Part shown: in pieces, positions 8,620-18,303 of the stretch
Layout: each line of letters opens with the position of its first letter
Numbering within the stretch: position 1 is the stretch's first letter
Assembly: GCA_951813515.1 (NCBI GenBank)
Contig: OX638346.1
Location: forward strand, 735,617-799,616
Direction of reading: 5' to 3'
From: an uncultured Pseudomonadales bacterium
Lineage (GTDB): Bacteria > Pseudomonadota > Gammaproteobacteria > Pseudomonadales > Azotimanducaceae
Length of the DNA: 64,000 nucleotides
Notes under the pieces: generated by a model
The model's input: only the letters and a program-made list of their open reading frames with translations
Told to the model about the DNA's origin: nothing
Databases searched by the model: none
Translations under genes and position numbers: made by a program

Positions 8620-10299
8620 ATGATCGAAAGAGGTTCCCGGCGCTTGTCGCAGGCGTCGCCCGCCAGGAAGACGGCGGTCATCGCAGTCTCGTCGTGCTTA
8701 TCCCTGGCCGTAGCGGCAGACCCGTGTAACGCGCGGTTCGGGGAAGAAGCGCTGAAAACGGCCGAAATAGGGGAGATCGAAGGTTGGCCGCTCGAGGCCG
8801 ACGTTCCTTACTCCGTTGCCTCCACCCGCATCGTTCGCCAGCAAATCTTCAATACGGCAGACGCCGCGGAGAATCGGCCGCTGTTCCGCCTCGCGAATCG
8901 CTGGCACGTGAACACGACCGAACGCACGATTCGAACACTGCTGCTGTTCTCGAACGGCGAGACGGTCGATGCCGGCCGCCTCGCGGAAAGCGAACGGCTG
9001 CTGCGCGCGAAGAGGTTTCTTTACGACGCGCGGGTGATCGCGAACCGGGTCTGCGAAGGGACTGTCGACATCGTCGTCGTCACCAGGGACGTCTGGTCGC
9101 TCCTGCCGACGGCGAGCGTCACCCGCACTGGCGGGGAGAATGAATACGACCTCGGCATGTCCGAGCACAACGTCTTCGGCACCGGAATCGAGATCGACGC
9201 GGAAGTGTTCAAGACCCTGGACCGATCCGGCGCGAGCGCGGGTTTCACGAATCCCAACCTGGGCAACAGCCGCGTCGGGCTGGGACTGCGTATCGAGAAC
9301 GCCGATGACGGAGATGGCGCCGTGGCGTTCATCGGCCAGCCGTTCTATGCGCTCGACGCACGGCGGGCCTGGAGTGTCTCCGCCACGGCATCGGAATCCC
9401 GGCGCCGCCTGTACGACGCCGGGCAAGAGATCGCGTCGTTCGGGCTCGACTATCGTCGCGCCGTCCTGTCGCGGGGCTGGTCGAAGGGCCTGGTAGACGG
9501 GTTCGCGAACCGCCTGAGCGCGGGTGTCACCTTGGAAGAATGGAACTTCAAGGATGTCCCAGCGGCGCTGTCAGACCTTGAGAACCGCGAGTTTGCGTTT
9601 CCCTGGATCGCGTTCCAGCGCACCGGCGACGACTTTTCCAGGGTGCGAAACCTGAACCGCGTGCAGACAACGGAGGATGTCTTTCTGGGCCGCCAGTACG
9701 ATCTGCTGCTCGGCTACTCCCCGCGCCAGGGTCACGTGGTCTACAACGCCGCATTCCGGGACGGCCGCAGCATCGGCAGCGAGGCTTCCGACATACTGCT
9801 CTACGGTGCGCAGGTGTCGGGGTTCTGGAACCGGGACAGCGGTGGCGCGGAGAACCTGATCGCCCAGGCATGGACACGCTACCGGCGCGCCCAGACGCCG
9901 AGGTGGGGCCTCTTCATCGACGCCGAAGCGACCATCGCCGACAAGTTGACGCCGGATCAGCAGGTCCTCGCCGGCGGCGACTCCGGGATGCGCGGCTACC
10001 CGAACCGATTCCAGGCCGGCTCGCGTCGGTTCCGCATTACTGCCGAGGAGCGGTACTACTCCGGGCTGTACCTCTGGCGCGTGGTGCGGGTCGCAGGGGC
10101 GGCATTCGTCGACATCGGCAGGGCCTGGGACTCCGCACACGACAACCCGGTGCTGGCCAACGTCGGTTTCGGCTTGCGGTTCGAGTCGACTCGCACCGAC
10201 CGAAGCCGCGTCTATCACATCGACTTCGCGTTCCCGGTGGTGGACGAACCGGGCACGCGGAGCCTGGAAATCACGCTCACGGGCAAGCGCAGTCTTTGA
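8620..10299 (+). CDS. Omp85/BamA-TamA family outer membrane protein
   Basis: Has a POTRA-like region (IRTLLLFSNGETVDAGRLAESERLLRAKRFLYDARVIANR..VDIVVVTRDVWSL) and a C-terminal surface-antigen barrel motif (FGLRFESTRTDRSRVYHIDFAFPV). Confidence 0.65.
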   Translation: MIERGSRRLSQASPARKTAVIAVSSCLSLAVAADPCNARFGEEALKTAEIGEIEGWPLEADVPYSVASTRIVRQQIFNTADAAENRPLFRLANRWHVNTTERTIRTLLLFSNGETVDAGRLAESERLLRAKRFLYDARVIANRVCEGTVDIVVVTRDVWSLLPTASVTRTGGENEYDLGMSEHNVFGTGIEIDAEVFKTLDRSGASAGFTNPNLGNSRVGLGLRIENADDGDGAVAFIGQPFYALDARRAWSVSATASESRRRLYDAGQEIASFGLDYRRAVLSRGWSKGLVDGFANRLSAGVTLEEWNFKDVPAALSDLENREFAFPWIAFQRTGDDFSRVRNLNRVQTTEDVFLGRQYDLLLGYSPRQGHVVYNAAFRDGRSIGSEASDILLYGAQVSGFWNRDSGGAENLIAQAWTRYRRAQTPRWGLFIDAEATIADKLTPDQQVLAGGDSGMRGYPNRFQAGSRRFRITAEERYYSGLYLWRVVRVAGAAFVDIGRAWDSAHDNPVLANVGFGLRFESTRTDRSRVYHIDFAFPVVDEPGTRSLEITLTGKRSL

Positions 10300-10314
10300 G
10301 GCGATGCAGCCCCG

Positions 10315-11577
10315 CTACTTCATTCGATAACGAATCGGCAGGCTCTTGAGGCCGCCCACGAACGTCGACTGCGAGTAGCGCGGCTCGCCGTTAAGTTCGA
10401 CATGCTCGACCCGGCGCAGCAGTTCTTGGAACAGCGCCGACATCTCCATTCTCGCCAGGTGCTGCCCCAAGCAGGCGTGCGCACCGAATCCGAACGCCAG
10501 GTGCCTGACGCCCGGTCGATCCACCCGGAACGCGAACGGGTCGTCGAACACTGCCGAATCGCGGTTCGCCGACGGGTACCAAAGGATGCACGACTCGCCG
10601 GTGGCGATATCGGTGTCGGCCACCCTGCAGTCCGCCGTGGCCGTGCGCATGAAGTGCCGGACCGGAGTCACCCAGCGTACGACTTCGTTGATCGCGTTCG
10701 GCATGTGGCGTTCCGGATCGCCGCGAAGCTTCTCCATCTCTTCAGGGTGTTCGATCAGTGCCAGCAGACCACCGGCGACGGATGAACTGGTGGTGTCGTG
10801 CCCGGCGGTGGCGATGATGATGTAGTAGCCGTTCGTCTCGTGTTCGGGAACGGCCTCTCCGTCGATGCGCGCATTGGCGATCAGGCTGGCGACATCATCG
10901 GTGGGATGGGCGCGCCGGCGCCGGCTCAACTCGGCGAAATACGCCTCGAAGTCCGCTATCACCTCCGGGAGCGCGGTGACTTCGAAGGAACGCCGCGTGT
11001 CCGGGTCGGAGCTGCCGAACATTTCCTGGGTCAGCTTCATCATGAACGGCTCGTCCTGCTCCGGGATGCCGAGGATCGACATGATCACGCGCAGCGGATA
11101 CCAGATCGCGACATCCTTGACGAAGTCGCACTCGCCGCCCAATTCGCCGAGGCGGTCGACGTATTCCGTGGCCAGTTGCTCGATGCGATCCGTCAACACG
11201 AGCAGGTTGGATCGCGAAAACCACTCCTGGGTCAGCGCCCGGTAGCGGCTGTGGTCGGGATCATCCATCGTCACCAGGGAACGAACGAGGTGGCGCCGTC
11301 CGGTAAGCTCCTTGACGATGGCATTCAGGAGTTTGGGCGTGAGGAGCGGGCGCGGATCGTTGACGAACAGGGTCTTGTCGCTTTCGATGGACCGGATGTC
11401 CGCATGCCGCGTGATCGACCAGAAAGGATCGAAGCCGTCCGGCGACATGTGGCGTATCGGCGCGTTCTCGCGCAGCCACGCGAGCTGCGCATTCACCCAA
11501 TCCTCATTCCCCCAATTCGCCGGATTGACGATGGCGGCATCGAGTTCCGGGGATTCGGTAACAACCTGTGATTCCAT
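10315..11577 (-). CDS. cytochrome P450
   Basis: Heme-binding loop FGFGAHACLGQHLARME, I-helix AGHDTTS and EVVRW (ExxR). Start taken at MESQVV. Confidence 0.9.
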   Translation of the reverse strand: MESQVVTESPELDAAIVNPANWGNEDWVNAQLAWLRENAPIRHMSPDGFDPFWSITRHADIRSIESDKTLFVNDPRPLLTPKLLNAIVKELTGRRHLVRSLVTMDDPDHSRYRALTQEWFSRSNLLVLTDRIEQLATEYVDRLGELGGECDFVKDVAIWYPLRVIMSILGIPEQDEPFMMKLTQEMFGSSDPDTRRSFEVTALPEVIADFEAYFAELSRRRRAHPTDDVASLIANARIDGEAVPEHETNGYYIIIATAGHDTTSSSVAGGLLALIEHPEEMEKLRGDPERHMPNAINEVVRWVTPVRHFMRTATADCRVADTDIATGESCILWYPSANRDSAVFDDPFAFRVDRPGVRHLAFGFGAHACLGQHLARMEMSALFQELLRRVEHVELNGEPRYSQSTFVGGLKSLPIRYRMK

Positions 11578-11927
11578 GTGCTTCGCCAGCGGGCATTCAC
11601 GCCGTGAATCCCGTCCCGGGCGATCAATTGTACCCAATGACGAGACAGTTGAGCGTCGCCGAGTCTCCCGAGCCGCCGGCCAATGGCTCGATGTTCATCG
11701 AATCTCCGCATACCGATTGCAACATATTGGAACTGGAATTGATCGCGGGGCATTGATAGGTTTGCCTTGACCTCTCGGGAACGCGGATGGTTCTTGCTGC
11801 GCTGGACTAAAGTACCGAGGAAGAATCATGGCTCCTTGATGCGGGCGATCATGCGTGTCCCTGGACGCGAGAGCATCGGGTGCGCCGCGCCATCCTCATC
11901 GTGATCTGACGGCAGGCTGGGACTTTA

Positions 11928-12875
11928 GTGGACCGAACTAGCGAATTTCAGGAAGCAACTTCCGGAGTCAACCGAGAGTCCTTGGTCGACTCCCTGAAGG
12001 CGGCCAAGAGAGGCGATGCCACTGGGCAACTGCAGGTCGCCGCAACGATGACCTGGGCCGCCTTCTCCTGCCCCGACGCCATCAGCCCGGTCTACGACAA
12101 CATCGCCAGCGTGTGGCTGGGGGATGGAGAGCAACGAGAGATCGACGAGAGCCTCCCGAAGGCGCCGTTAAAGGAGGGGTTCTGGGGAACTTACTGGGCC
12201 ATCATCGAAGACTCCAAGGCAGGGGTAATTCCGTCCAAGGCCAATGCCCAGATCACGTCGCTGGCCTTCGAGTCGCATCCAGATTTCGTATCCATCGCCG
12301 AGCGTTCCGCGCAACACCACTCTCGGGTTCAGACCGCGCTGGCGGGGCCCTCGGCGAACGGTCTGGATCCGGATATGCTGAAATCCTGCCCCGCAGGCAG
12401 TCTCGGCCAAACGCTCTACAGCATGATCGTAGGTCACGGCTATAGCCAGGAACTCGTCGACAGACGACTTCACGAGTTGAGTACCCTTCCGGAATCGCTT
12501 CGACGCGTGAACTCCCGAGTCCTGCATATGCACAGACCGTGGCAACTGGTTGCCGGCTACGACACTGCCGACGCGCACGAAATCGCCTTCGGCGGCTTTC
12601 AGACGGCGCAGTTCGGCCTCAACCAGGCAGCCATGGTCCTCGCGAGCTTCGCAACGATCGGGTGCTTCCTCGCACCGACGGGCTTTTTCATCCTGCTGTA
12701 CCTCATCGCAGAAGGCTGGCGGCACGGCGAAAACTCCCCGGATTTCATGGGCATCGACTGGGATTCCGAGTGGGACCATTCCATCGACACGATCCGGACG
12801 CGTCACGGCATATCCCCGTTTCGGAGCGTCTTCAGCAAGAACCTGTTCGAGGTGTTTGGGACGCCCGGCGCCTGA
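11928..12875 (+). CDS. Coq4-like protein (tentative family call)
   Basis: LGQTLYSMIVGHGYS...RVLHMHRPWQLVAGYDTADAHEIAFGGFQ resembles the Coq4 HDxxH-x(10-13)-E region, but reads H-R-P-W-Q. GTG start. Confidence 0.4.
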   Translation: MDRTSEFQEATSGVNRESLVDSLKAAKRGDATGQLQVAATMTWAAFSCPDAISPVYDNIASVWLGDGEQREIDESLPKAPLKEGFWGTYWAIIEDSKAGVIPSKANAQITSLAFESHPDFVSIAERSAQHHSRVQTALAGPSANGLDPDMLKSCPAGSLGQTLYSMIVGHGYSQELVDRRLHELSTLPESLRRVNSRVLHMHRPWQLVAGYDTADAHEIAFGGFQTAQFGLNQAAMVLASFATIGCFLAPTGFFILLYLIAEGWRHGENSPDFMGIDWDSEWDHSIDTIRTRHGISPFRSVFSKNLFEVFGTPGA

Positions 12876-12889
12876 CCGGGCAAGCTGGC

Positions 12890-14794
12890 TCATTCGCCTG
12901 CCGCCAACTCCGCGAGGCCAGTTTCTACGCGGCGGGCTTTCGCCTCGTCCCACCACCACGCGTCGAGGTAAGGAACCCGGTTGAGTGCGTCGTTCCGCAC
13001 TTCGGAGAACTTGTCCCAATGGACGAGACGGAACCCCGGCTGCGAGCCCAGCGGAATGAAATAGAAGTTCCACAGCAGAACCCTGTCGAGTGCGCGGGTG
13101 GCCGCGTACAGATCTTCCGCCGTGTCCGCCTCGATGATCGACTGGACCAGGCTGTCCACGACAGGGCTGCGCACGCGCGCCCAGTTCTGGCCGTAATCGT
13201 GGTCCGCGGCATCGCTCCCGAACCAGTTGCGAAGCTGCAGACCCGGGGTAAATGTCGGACCGAGGCGCACCGAGTTGCCGTCAAACTTGCCGGTCCGGCT
13301 GCGATAGAGCCATTGCGACACCTCGGGTGACACGCCTGTCGTCCGAATGCCAACACGGTCCAGGTTCCTGACCAGGGAAAGGTTCTGGCGTATCGAGTAG
13401 TAGGACACGCCGATGAAATCGAGAGTGAACGGTTCTCCCGTTGCCACATTGCGCATGGTTCCGTCCCGGACCTGCCAGCCCGCTTCCTCGAACAACGCGA
13501 GGGCGCGCTTGATGTTCTGCCGTTCGTGGCCAAAGCCGTCACCCGGAGGTTGCCTGAATTCCTCGCCAAAGACGCGCGGCGGCACCTGGTCGCGCCAGGG
13601 TTCGAGGAGCGCAAGTTCCTTCTCGCTCGGCAGCCCTCGATGCGCCATCGGCGAGTTCTGGAAAAAGCTCACACCCGGTTTGTAAAAGCCGTAGAAAAGG
13701 ACGCGATTGGTCCACGCAAAGTCGTACAGGAGCCATAGCGCCTCGCGGACCCGCACATCCCGCAGGTGTGGTCGATCAAGATTCCAGAATATCGGCCACC
13801 ACAATCCCTCGACCCGGGCCATCGGCCGCAACTCCCGCTTGAAAAGGCCGGCCCTTACCGCCGGAAAGTCGTACTGCGTTGCCCAGTTCTTTGATACACC
13901 CTCCTGCCGGACGTCGATCACGTTGCCCTTGTGGGCCTCGATCATGACCTGCTCGTCGGCGAAGTGATCGAACTTGACGCGCTGAAAGTTGTATCGGCCC
14001 TTGTTGACCGGGATGTCCCGTCCCCAGTAGCTCTCCTGCCTTTCGTATACCAGCACGCGACCGATCTCCGCGTATGCCAATCGATACGGCCCGCTGCCGA
14101 GCGGCGCCTTTACGGTGGTCTTTCCGATGTCACGGCCGGACCAATAGTGTTTCGGCAAGATGCTGAAGGAACCCAACGTGAACGGGAACGTGGGATTGAC
14201 TTCGACGTCCCGCTTGCGCACGAAACACAATTCGCGGTCGCCGAACGCAAACACCCGATCAAGGTCCGCCAGCGACGTGCGCACGGCGACAGAACCGTGC
14301 TCCTGCATCGCCTCGAAGGTGAACAACACGTCGTCCACGGTGACCGGCGCGCCGTCGTGCCAGGTCGCGCCCTGCCGAAGCCTGAATGCGACCCATTCGA
14401 ACTCGGGACCCGCGACGACGCCCTGGGCCAGTCGACCGTAGTAGCTCACGGGCTCGTCGATCGCGGGTTCCAGCAGCGCGTCGTAGACAAGTCTCCTGCC
14501 TATGTCATAGCCAGCCGCGAGGCGACCCTTCTCGATGATGCTGTTGTAGTTGTCGAATGTGCCGAGAACCGCTTCGCGCAGTTCGCCGGCCTTGGGAGCA
14601 TCCGGATTGACGTACGCAAAATGCGTGAAATCGCTCTCGTATTTGAGCGGAAGCAGGTGGGAAATTCCGTGCGCGTAGCGGGGATTGGTGCAGGGCTCCT
14701 CGCCGACGGCGGGCATCGCCCAAACGCCAGCGATGGCGATCAGCACGGAACCGAGCGGTGTCCTGCTCCACGGGTTTACGGGCAGAGATGACAC
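12890..14794 (-). CDS. ABC transporter substrate-binding protein, family 5 (YejA-like)
   Basis: 634 aa with a signal peptide. ILPKHYWSGRDIGKTTVKAPLGSGPYRL and the overall length are typical of YejA-type extracellular solute-binding proteins. No permease or ATPase gene is adjacent. Confidence 0.8.
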   Translation of the reverse strand: MSSLPVNPWSRTPLGSVLIAIAGVWAMPAVGEEPCTNPRYAHGISHLLPLKYESDFTHFAYVNPDAPKAGELREAVLGTFDNYNSIIEKGRLAAGYDIGRRLVYDALLEPAIDEPVSYYGRLAQGVVAGPEFEWVAFRLRQGATWHDGAPVTVDDVLFTFEAMQEHGSVAVRTSLADLDRVFAFGDRELCFVRKRDVEVNPTFPFTLGSFSILPKHYWSGRDIGKTTVKAPLGSGPYRLAYAEIGRVLVYERQESYWGRDIPVNKGRYNFQRVKFDHFADEQVMIEAHKGNVIDVRQEGVSKNWATQYDFPAVRAGLFKRELRPMARVEGLWWPIFWNLDRPHLRDVRVREALWLLYDFAWTNRVLFYGFYKPGVSFFQNSPMAHRGLPSEKELALLEPWRDQVPPRVFGEEFRQPPGDGFGHERQNIKRALALFEEAGWQVRDGTMRNVATGEPFTLDFIGVSYYSIRQNLSLVRNLDRVGIRTTGVSPEVSQWLYRSRTGKFDGNSVRLGPTFTPGLQLRNWFGSDAADHDYGQNWARVRSPVVDSLVQSIIEADTAEDLYAATRALDRVLLWNFYFIPLGSQPGFRLVHWDKFSEVRNDALNRVPYLDAWWWDEAKARRVETGLAELAAGE

Positions 14795-14798
14795 GACA

Positions 14799-15254
14799 CT
14801 AATGTCCCGCTTTCATCCACTCGAACAAGCGGTAGCGGCTGTCGTCCATCCCCATGACCCTGTAGGTCTCCTGCGCTCCGACGTTCTCCATCGCGACGTA
14901 CAGTCTGAGTCCCTGCACGTCCGGAGATGATTCCACCTCCCCTTTCAGGGCTTGATACATCAACCGAAACACCCCCCGTCGCCGTGCGGCGGGGACCACG
15001 TAGACCGAATGGATCCACAAGACGGTTCCGTTGCGCCAGTCGCTCCACTCCGGCACCGTCAGCAGGCAGCCCACCGTCTCGCCGTTCGCTTCGGCCATCC
15101 AGTACATGCCCTTGCGGGGATCGTCGAAAACTGCCTGCACGCCCTGTTCCACCGTTGGTCGATCCAGAGCGAACCCCTCTGTCTCTTCCGCCATTCTGAC
15201 CTGGAAGTCCACGATGTCAGCGGCGTCTTCGCTTCGCCCGGGACGAATCTCCAT
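14799..15254 (-). CDS. GNAT family N-acetyltransferase
   Basis: MEIRPGRSEDAADIV...LWIHSVYVVPAARRRGVFRLMYQAL carries the acetyl-CoA binding Q/RxxGxG/A-like motif. It ends 4 nt before the start of the binding-protein gene. Confidence 0.8.
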   Translation of the reverse strand: MEIRPGRSEDAADIVDFQVRMAEETEGFALDRPTVEQGVQAVFDDPRKGMYWMAEANGETVGCLLTVPEWSDWRNGTVLWIHSVYVVPAARRRGVFRLMYQALKGEVESSPDVQGLRLYVAMENVGAQETYRVMGMDDSRYRLFEWMKAGH

Positions 15255-15345
15255 CACGCGCACTCCGTCATTCGCCCGCCCATCCGTCCCAACCCGCACC
15301 CCGCGACTTGATCCGCACTCGCGGGCCGTTCCACGGCGCGGACTG

Positions 15346-16302
15346 CTAGCGGATGGCCACGGGGTTGATGATCATCTGCACTGCGCCGCGAACCTTCGCG
15401 TGGCCCAGCACAAACAGGAACTCGAAAGCGCCGTCGCGCACGAGCGGCCCGGTATTCATCGTTTCCAGTATGTAAATGCCGTTTTCCTTCAGCAGGATGA
15501 CATGGCCCTGGAACGGCCGGGTCGGATCCGGCGGCGGCACGACATCGACGCCCCACGTGTCCGCGCCGACCGCTACAACGTTCTTGCTCGCGAGGTAGCT
15601 CGCAACCTCCTCCGTCTGGCCCGGCTCCGCCGACACCCAGGCTTGCGGGTCCGCCTCGAGCTTGGCCTCGGTCCAGCCCGTGTGGAACAGCACGACATCT
15701 CCTTCACGCACCGGCGTTCCCTGCTTCTTCTCCACTGCCTGCACGTCCTCGACGTCGAAGAACTGGCCCGCCTCCATGGACTCGACACCGAAGTGTCCCG
15801 CCATGTCGAGCACGATGCCGCGGGCGACGATGGGGGGAATCTTGTCGATGCCGAGCCTGGTCAATCCGGTGAGAAAGGCGAAGTCCCTGGCATCGTTGCA
15901 GTTGTAGTACATGCCATCCTCAGAGCCGACGTGGCCGAGCCCGTCGATCTGCGATCCGATGCCGAACCAGCCCTGGAAGACATCGTCGTTATAGGTGGCG
16001 TTGGGGAAATTGGGCCGCCCCAGCTGCTGATTGGGCTGCACGACCTGCAACATGAGGCCGCGCGGCGGAAACGCTGGAGTCGTCCCGTCAATGGTGATGC
16101 CCAAGCTGTAGACCTTACCCGTCGTGATGAGCTCGGACGCGGCCAGCACGGTCTCCGCAGTGATGAGGTTCGCGCTCCCTATTTCGTCGTCCGCGCCCCA
16201 GCGCGACGGTTCGCAGCCGTCCTCGGCGACCGCGCCGGTCGCAAAGACGAGTGCGAAGAGTATCGGCAGGCCCGTGGCCCGCCAGGCATTTTCGCTATCC
16301 AT
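15346..16302 (-). CDS. cyclase family protein (kynurenine-formamidase-like fold), secreted
   Basis: Signal peptide MDSENAWRATGLPILFALVFATGAVA. The GIGSQIDGLGHVG motif resembles the G-T-H-x-D-x-P-x-H region of putative cyclases. Confidence 0.6.
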   Translation of the reverse strand: MDSENAWRATGLPILFALVFATGAVAEDGCEPSRWGADDEIGSANLITAETVLAASELITTGKVYSLGITIDGTTPAFPPRGLMLQVVQPNQQLGRPNFPNATYNDDVFQGWFGIGSQIDGLGHVGSEDGMYYNCNDARDFAFLTGLTRLGIDKIPPIVARGIVLDMAGHFGVESMEAGQFFDVEDVQAVEKKQGTPVREGDVVLFHTGWTEAKLEADPQAWVSAEPGQTEEVASYLASKNVVAVGADTWGVDVVPPPDPTRPFQGHVILLKENGIYILETMNTGPLVRDGAFEFLFVLGHAKVRGAVQMIINPVAIR

Positions 16303-16304
16303 GA

Positions 16305-17186
16305 TCAGTCCTTGTCCTTGTATGTGTCGGTTCCGCGGTACGGACCGTCGCGCCACTGCAGGGCGCCCCTGAGTCCTTCCTCCTGCATCTTGTCCTGCCA
16401 CTGGTAGCCGAACTCCGTGAATTGTCCCGCCGCGTCAAGATCGGTGGAACTCCGGACCGAGGAGTAGATCCCCATGTTCTCGTAGAAGCGGTTCATGTTG
16501 ACCTTGAGTATGGCCAACTGGTCCGCCGTCATGATGCCGATCCGGTCGGCCAGGGCGAGGGTGTTCTCCTCGAGTTTCTCCTTCGGCCACGCGTAGTTGA
16601 TCATGCCGATCTCGGCCGCTTCCCGGCCGGTGACGTTCTCACCGGTGTAATAGAGTTCCTTCGCCTTGCGCATGCCGATCACCAGCGGCCAGATGACGCC
16701 GGTGCGCGACGTCCCGAGACCGCGCAGGCCGGGATGCCCAAGCTGCGCCTCCTCGTCGGCCACGACGAGGTCCGCCATCATGGCAAGCTCGCAACCCCCG
16801 GCGATTGCGTATCCCGACACCTGCGCGATGGTGATCTTCGCCATGTTCCAGAAATACATGTGGATGTCGGTGATCTGCTGCATCCCGGTACGGATTCCCA
16901 TCAGCAGGCGGCGGCCCTTGTCATCCCTCTGCCGATGCTGTCGCACCACCGCGTCCGACCCGCGGCCCCGGGTCAGATCATAGCCGGCGCTGAATGCCCG
17001 GCCCTCTCCCCGCACGATGATCACGTGCACGGACGAATCCGCCTCAAGTTCGTGCAGCGCATCGTTGAATTCGAACATCAACTCCTGCGACAGCGCGTTC
17101 AGCTTCTCCGGCCGGTTCAGCGTGATGCGCCCGACCCGGTCGTCGGTGCCCAGCCGGTCGATGTAGATGTAGTCGTAGTCAGCCAC
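16305..17186 (-). CDS. enoyl-CoA hydratase/isomerase family protein
   Basis: GRITLNRPEKLNALSQELMFEFNDALHELEADSSVHVIIVRGEGRAFSAGYDL. The GTG at 17186 with an upstream GGAAAGGGGA is the preferred start; the ORF track extends to 17243. Confidence 0.85.
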   Translation of the reverse strand: MADYDYIYIDRLGTDDRVGRITLNRPEKLNALSQELMFEFNDALHELEADSSVHVIIVRGEGRAFSAGYDLTRGRGSDAVVRQHRQRDDKGRRLLMGIRTGMQQITDIHMYFWNMAKITIAQVSGYAIAGGCELAMMADLVVADEEAQLGHPGLRGLGTSRTGVIWPLVIGMRKAKELYYTGENVTGREAAEIGMINYAWPKEKLEENTLALADRIGIMTADQLAILKVNMNRFYENMGIYSSVRSSTDLDAAGQFTEFGYQWQDKMQEEGLRGALQWRDGPYRGTDTYKDKD

Positions 17187-17337
17187 CTGCTTCCCCTTTC
17201 CGTTTCGTAGGCCCGCTAGTATCACGGCAGCGGCCTTCCACACTCAAGCGGCTTGCGTGCCATGCGGCAACTGGAGTAGAACGAAATGCGGCAAGTCCCA
17301 AACGCGGGGACAAGGACAAGGGAGGGAGGCAGCAACG

Positions 17338-18294
17338 ATGGACAACACAGTGTACGCCGGCACCGTTGGCTGGGGCGTCTGGGGCAGCGATGATCTCGGA
17401 GAAACCTGGCGCCGGGCCTTCCGCGGCGTCTACGCCGAGTGCCGCATCTGGTCGATGTCAAGCCACCCGGACGAGTCCGGTGTCGTTTGGGCGGGGTCCG
17501 ACCACGGCGTCCTGCGGCAAGGCCCAGACGGTCATGCCGAAGTTGTTCCGTCTCCGGCGGACGACATGTGCATCTGGGCATTCGCCCAGTCTCCGAAAGA
17601 TCCGAAGGTCCTAATCATCGGCACGCATCCCGGCGCCGTGTTCCGGTCCGACGACGGCGGAGCGAACTGGCGCGAGCTGCCCGTTCAATTGGTCGAGGAG
17701 TGTCTCATCGGACCCCCGCGCATCACGCGCATCAGGTTCGATCCGATCGACGACGACACGATCTGGGCGAGCGCCGAAATCGATGCCGTTCACCGCAGCA
17801 GGGACGGCGGAGAAACCTGGGAGCGTCTCGAAAACGGGTTCGACTTCCCGGACATTCACGACATTGCCATCCTTGACGACAACGGGTCGCGCAGGCTCCT
17901 GGCAGCGACGGCTCGGGGCCTCTACAAGTCGACCGACGAGGGTGCAAGCTGGCACTTTCAGGCGCTCGACTCGCCGTGGCAGTACACCCGCGGGATGAAA
18001 CCCCGCGCCGACCTCGACGGTACCCTGTTCCTTTGCAACGGCGACGGACCTCCAGGGTCCCGGGGCACGCTATGGCGAAGCCGGGACTGGGGCGAGACCT
18101 GGGAGGACGCGCACCTGCCGCCGACCAACTCTACGCCGTGGATGGTTGCGACGAACGAAGCGGATGCGAACCTGCTGTTCTGTTGCACCAACCTCGGTCA
18201 GATGTACCGCAGCGATGACGGCGGCGAGGCCTGGACGAAGCTGCCCCGGGAGTTCGGCGAGATTCGCACCATGCTCTGGCAACCGGCAAGCTAA
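17338..18294 (+). CDS. BNR/Asp-box repeat protein (sialidase-like beta-propeller)
   Basis: Six S-x-D-x-G-x-x-W repeats: SDDLGETW, SDDGGANW, SRDGGETW, STDEGASW, SRDWGETW, SDDGGEAW. A good RBS (GGGAGGGAGG) precedes the ATG at 17338. Confidence 0.8.
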   Translation: MDNTVYAGTVGWGVWGSDDLGETWRRAFRGVYAECRIWSMSSHPDESGVVWAGSDHGVLRQGPDGHAEVVPSPADDMCIWAFAQSPKDPKVLIIGTHPGAVFRSDDGGANWRELPVQLVEECLIGPPRITRIRFDPIDDDTIWASAEIDAVHRSRDGGETWERLENGFDFPDIHDIAILDDNGSRRLLAATARGLYKSTDEGASWHFQALDSPWQYTRGMKPRADLDGTLFLCNGDGPPGSRGTLWRSRDWGETWEDAHLPPTNSTPWMVATNEADANLLFCCTNLGQMYRSDDGGEAWTKLPREFGEIRTMLWQPAS

Positions 18295-18303
18295 GCCAGG
18301 AGA

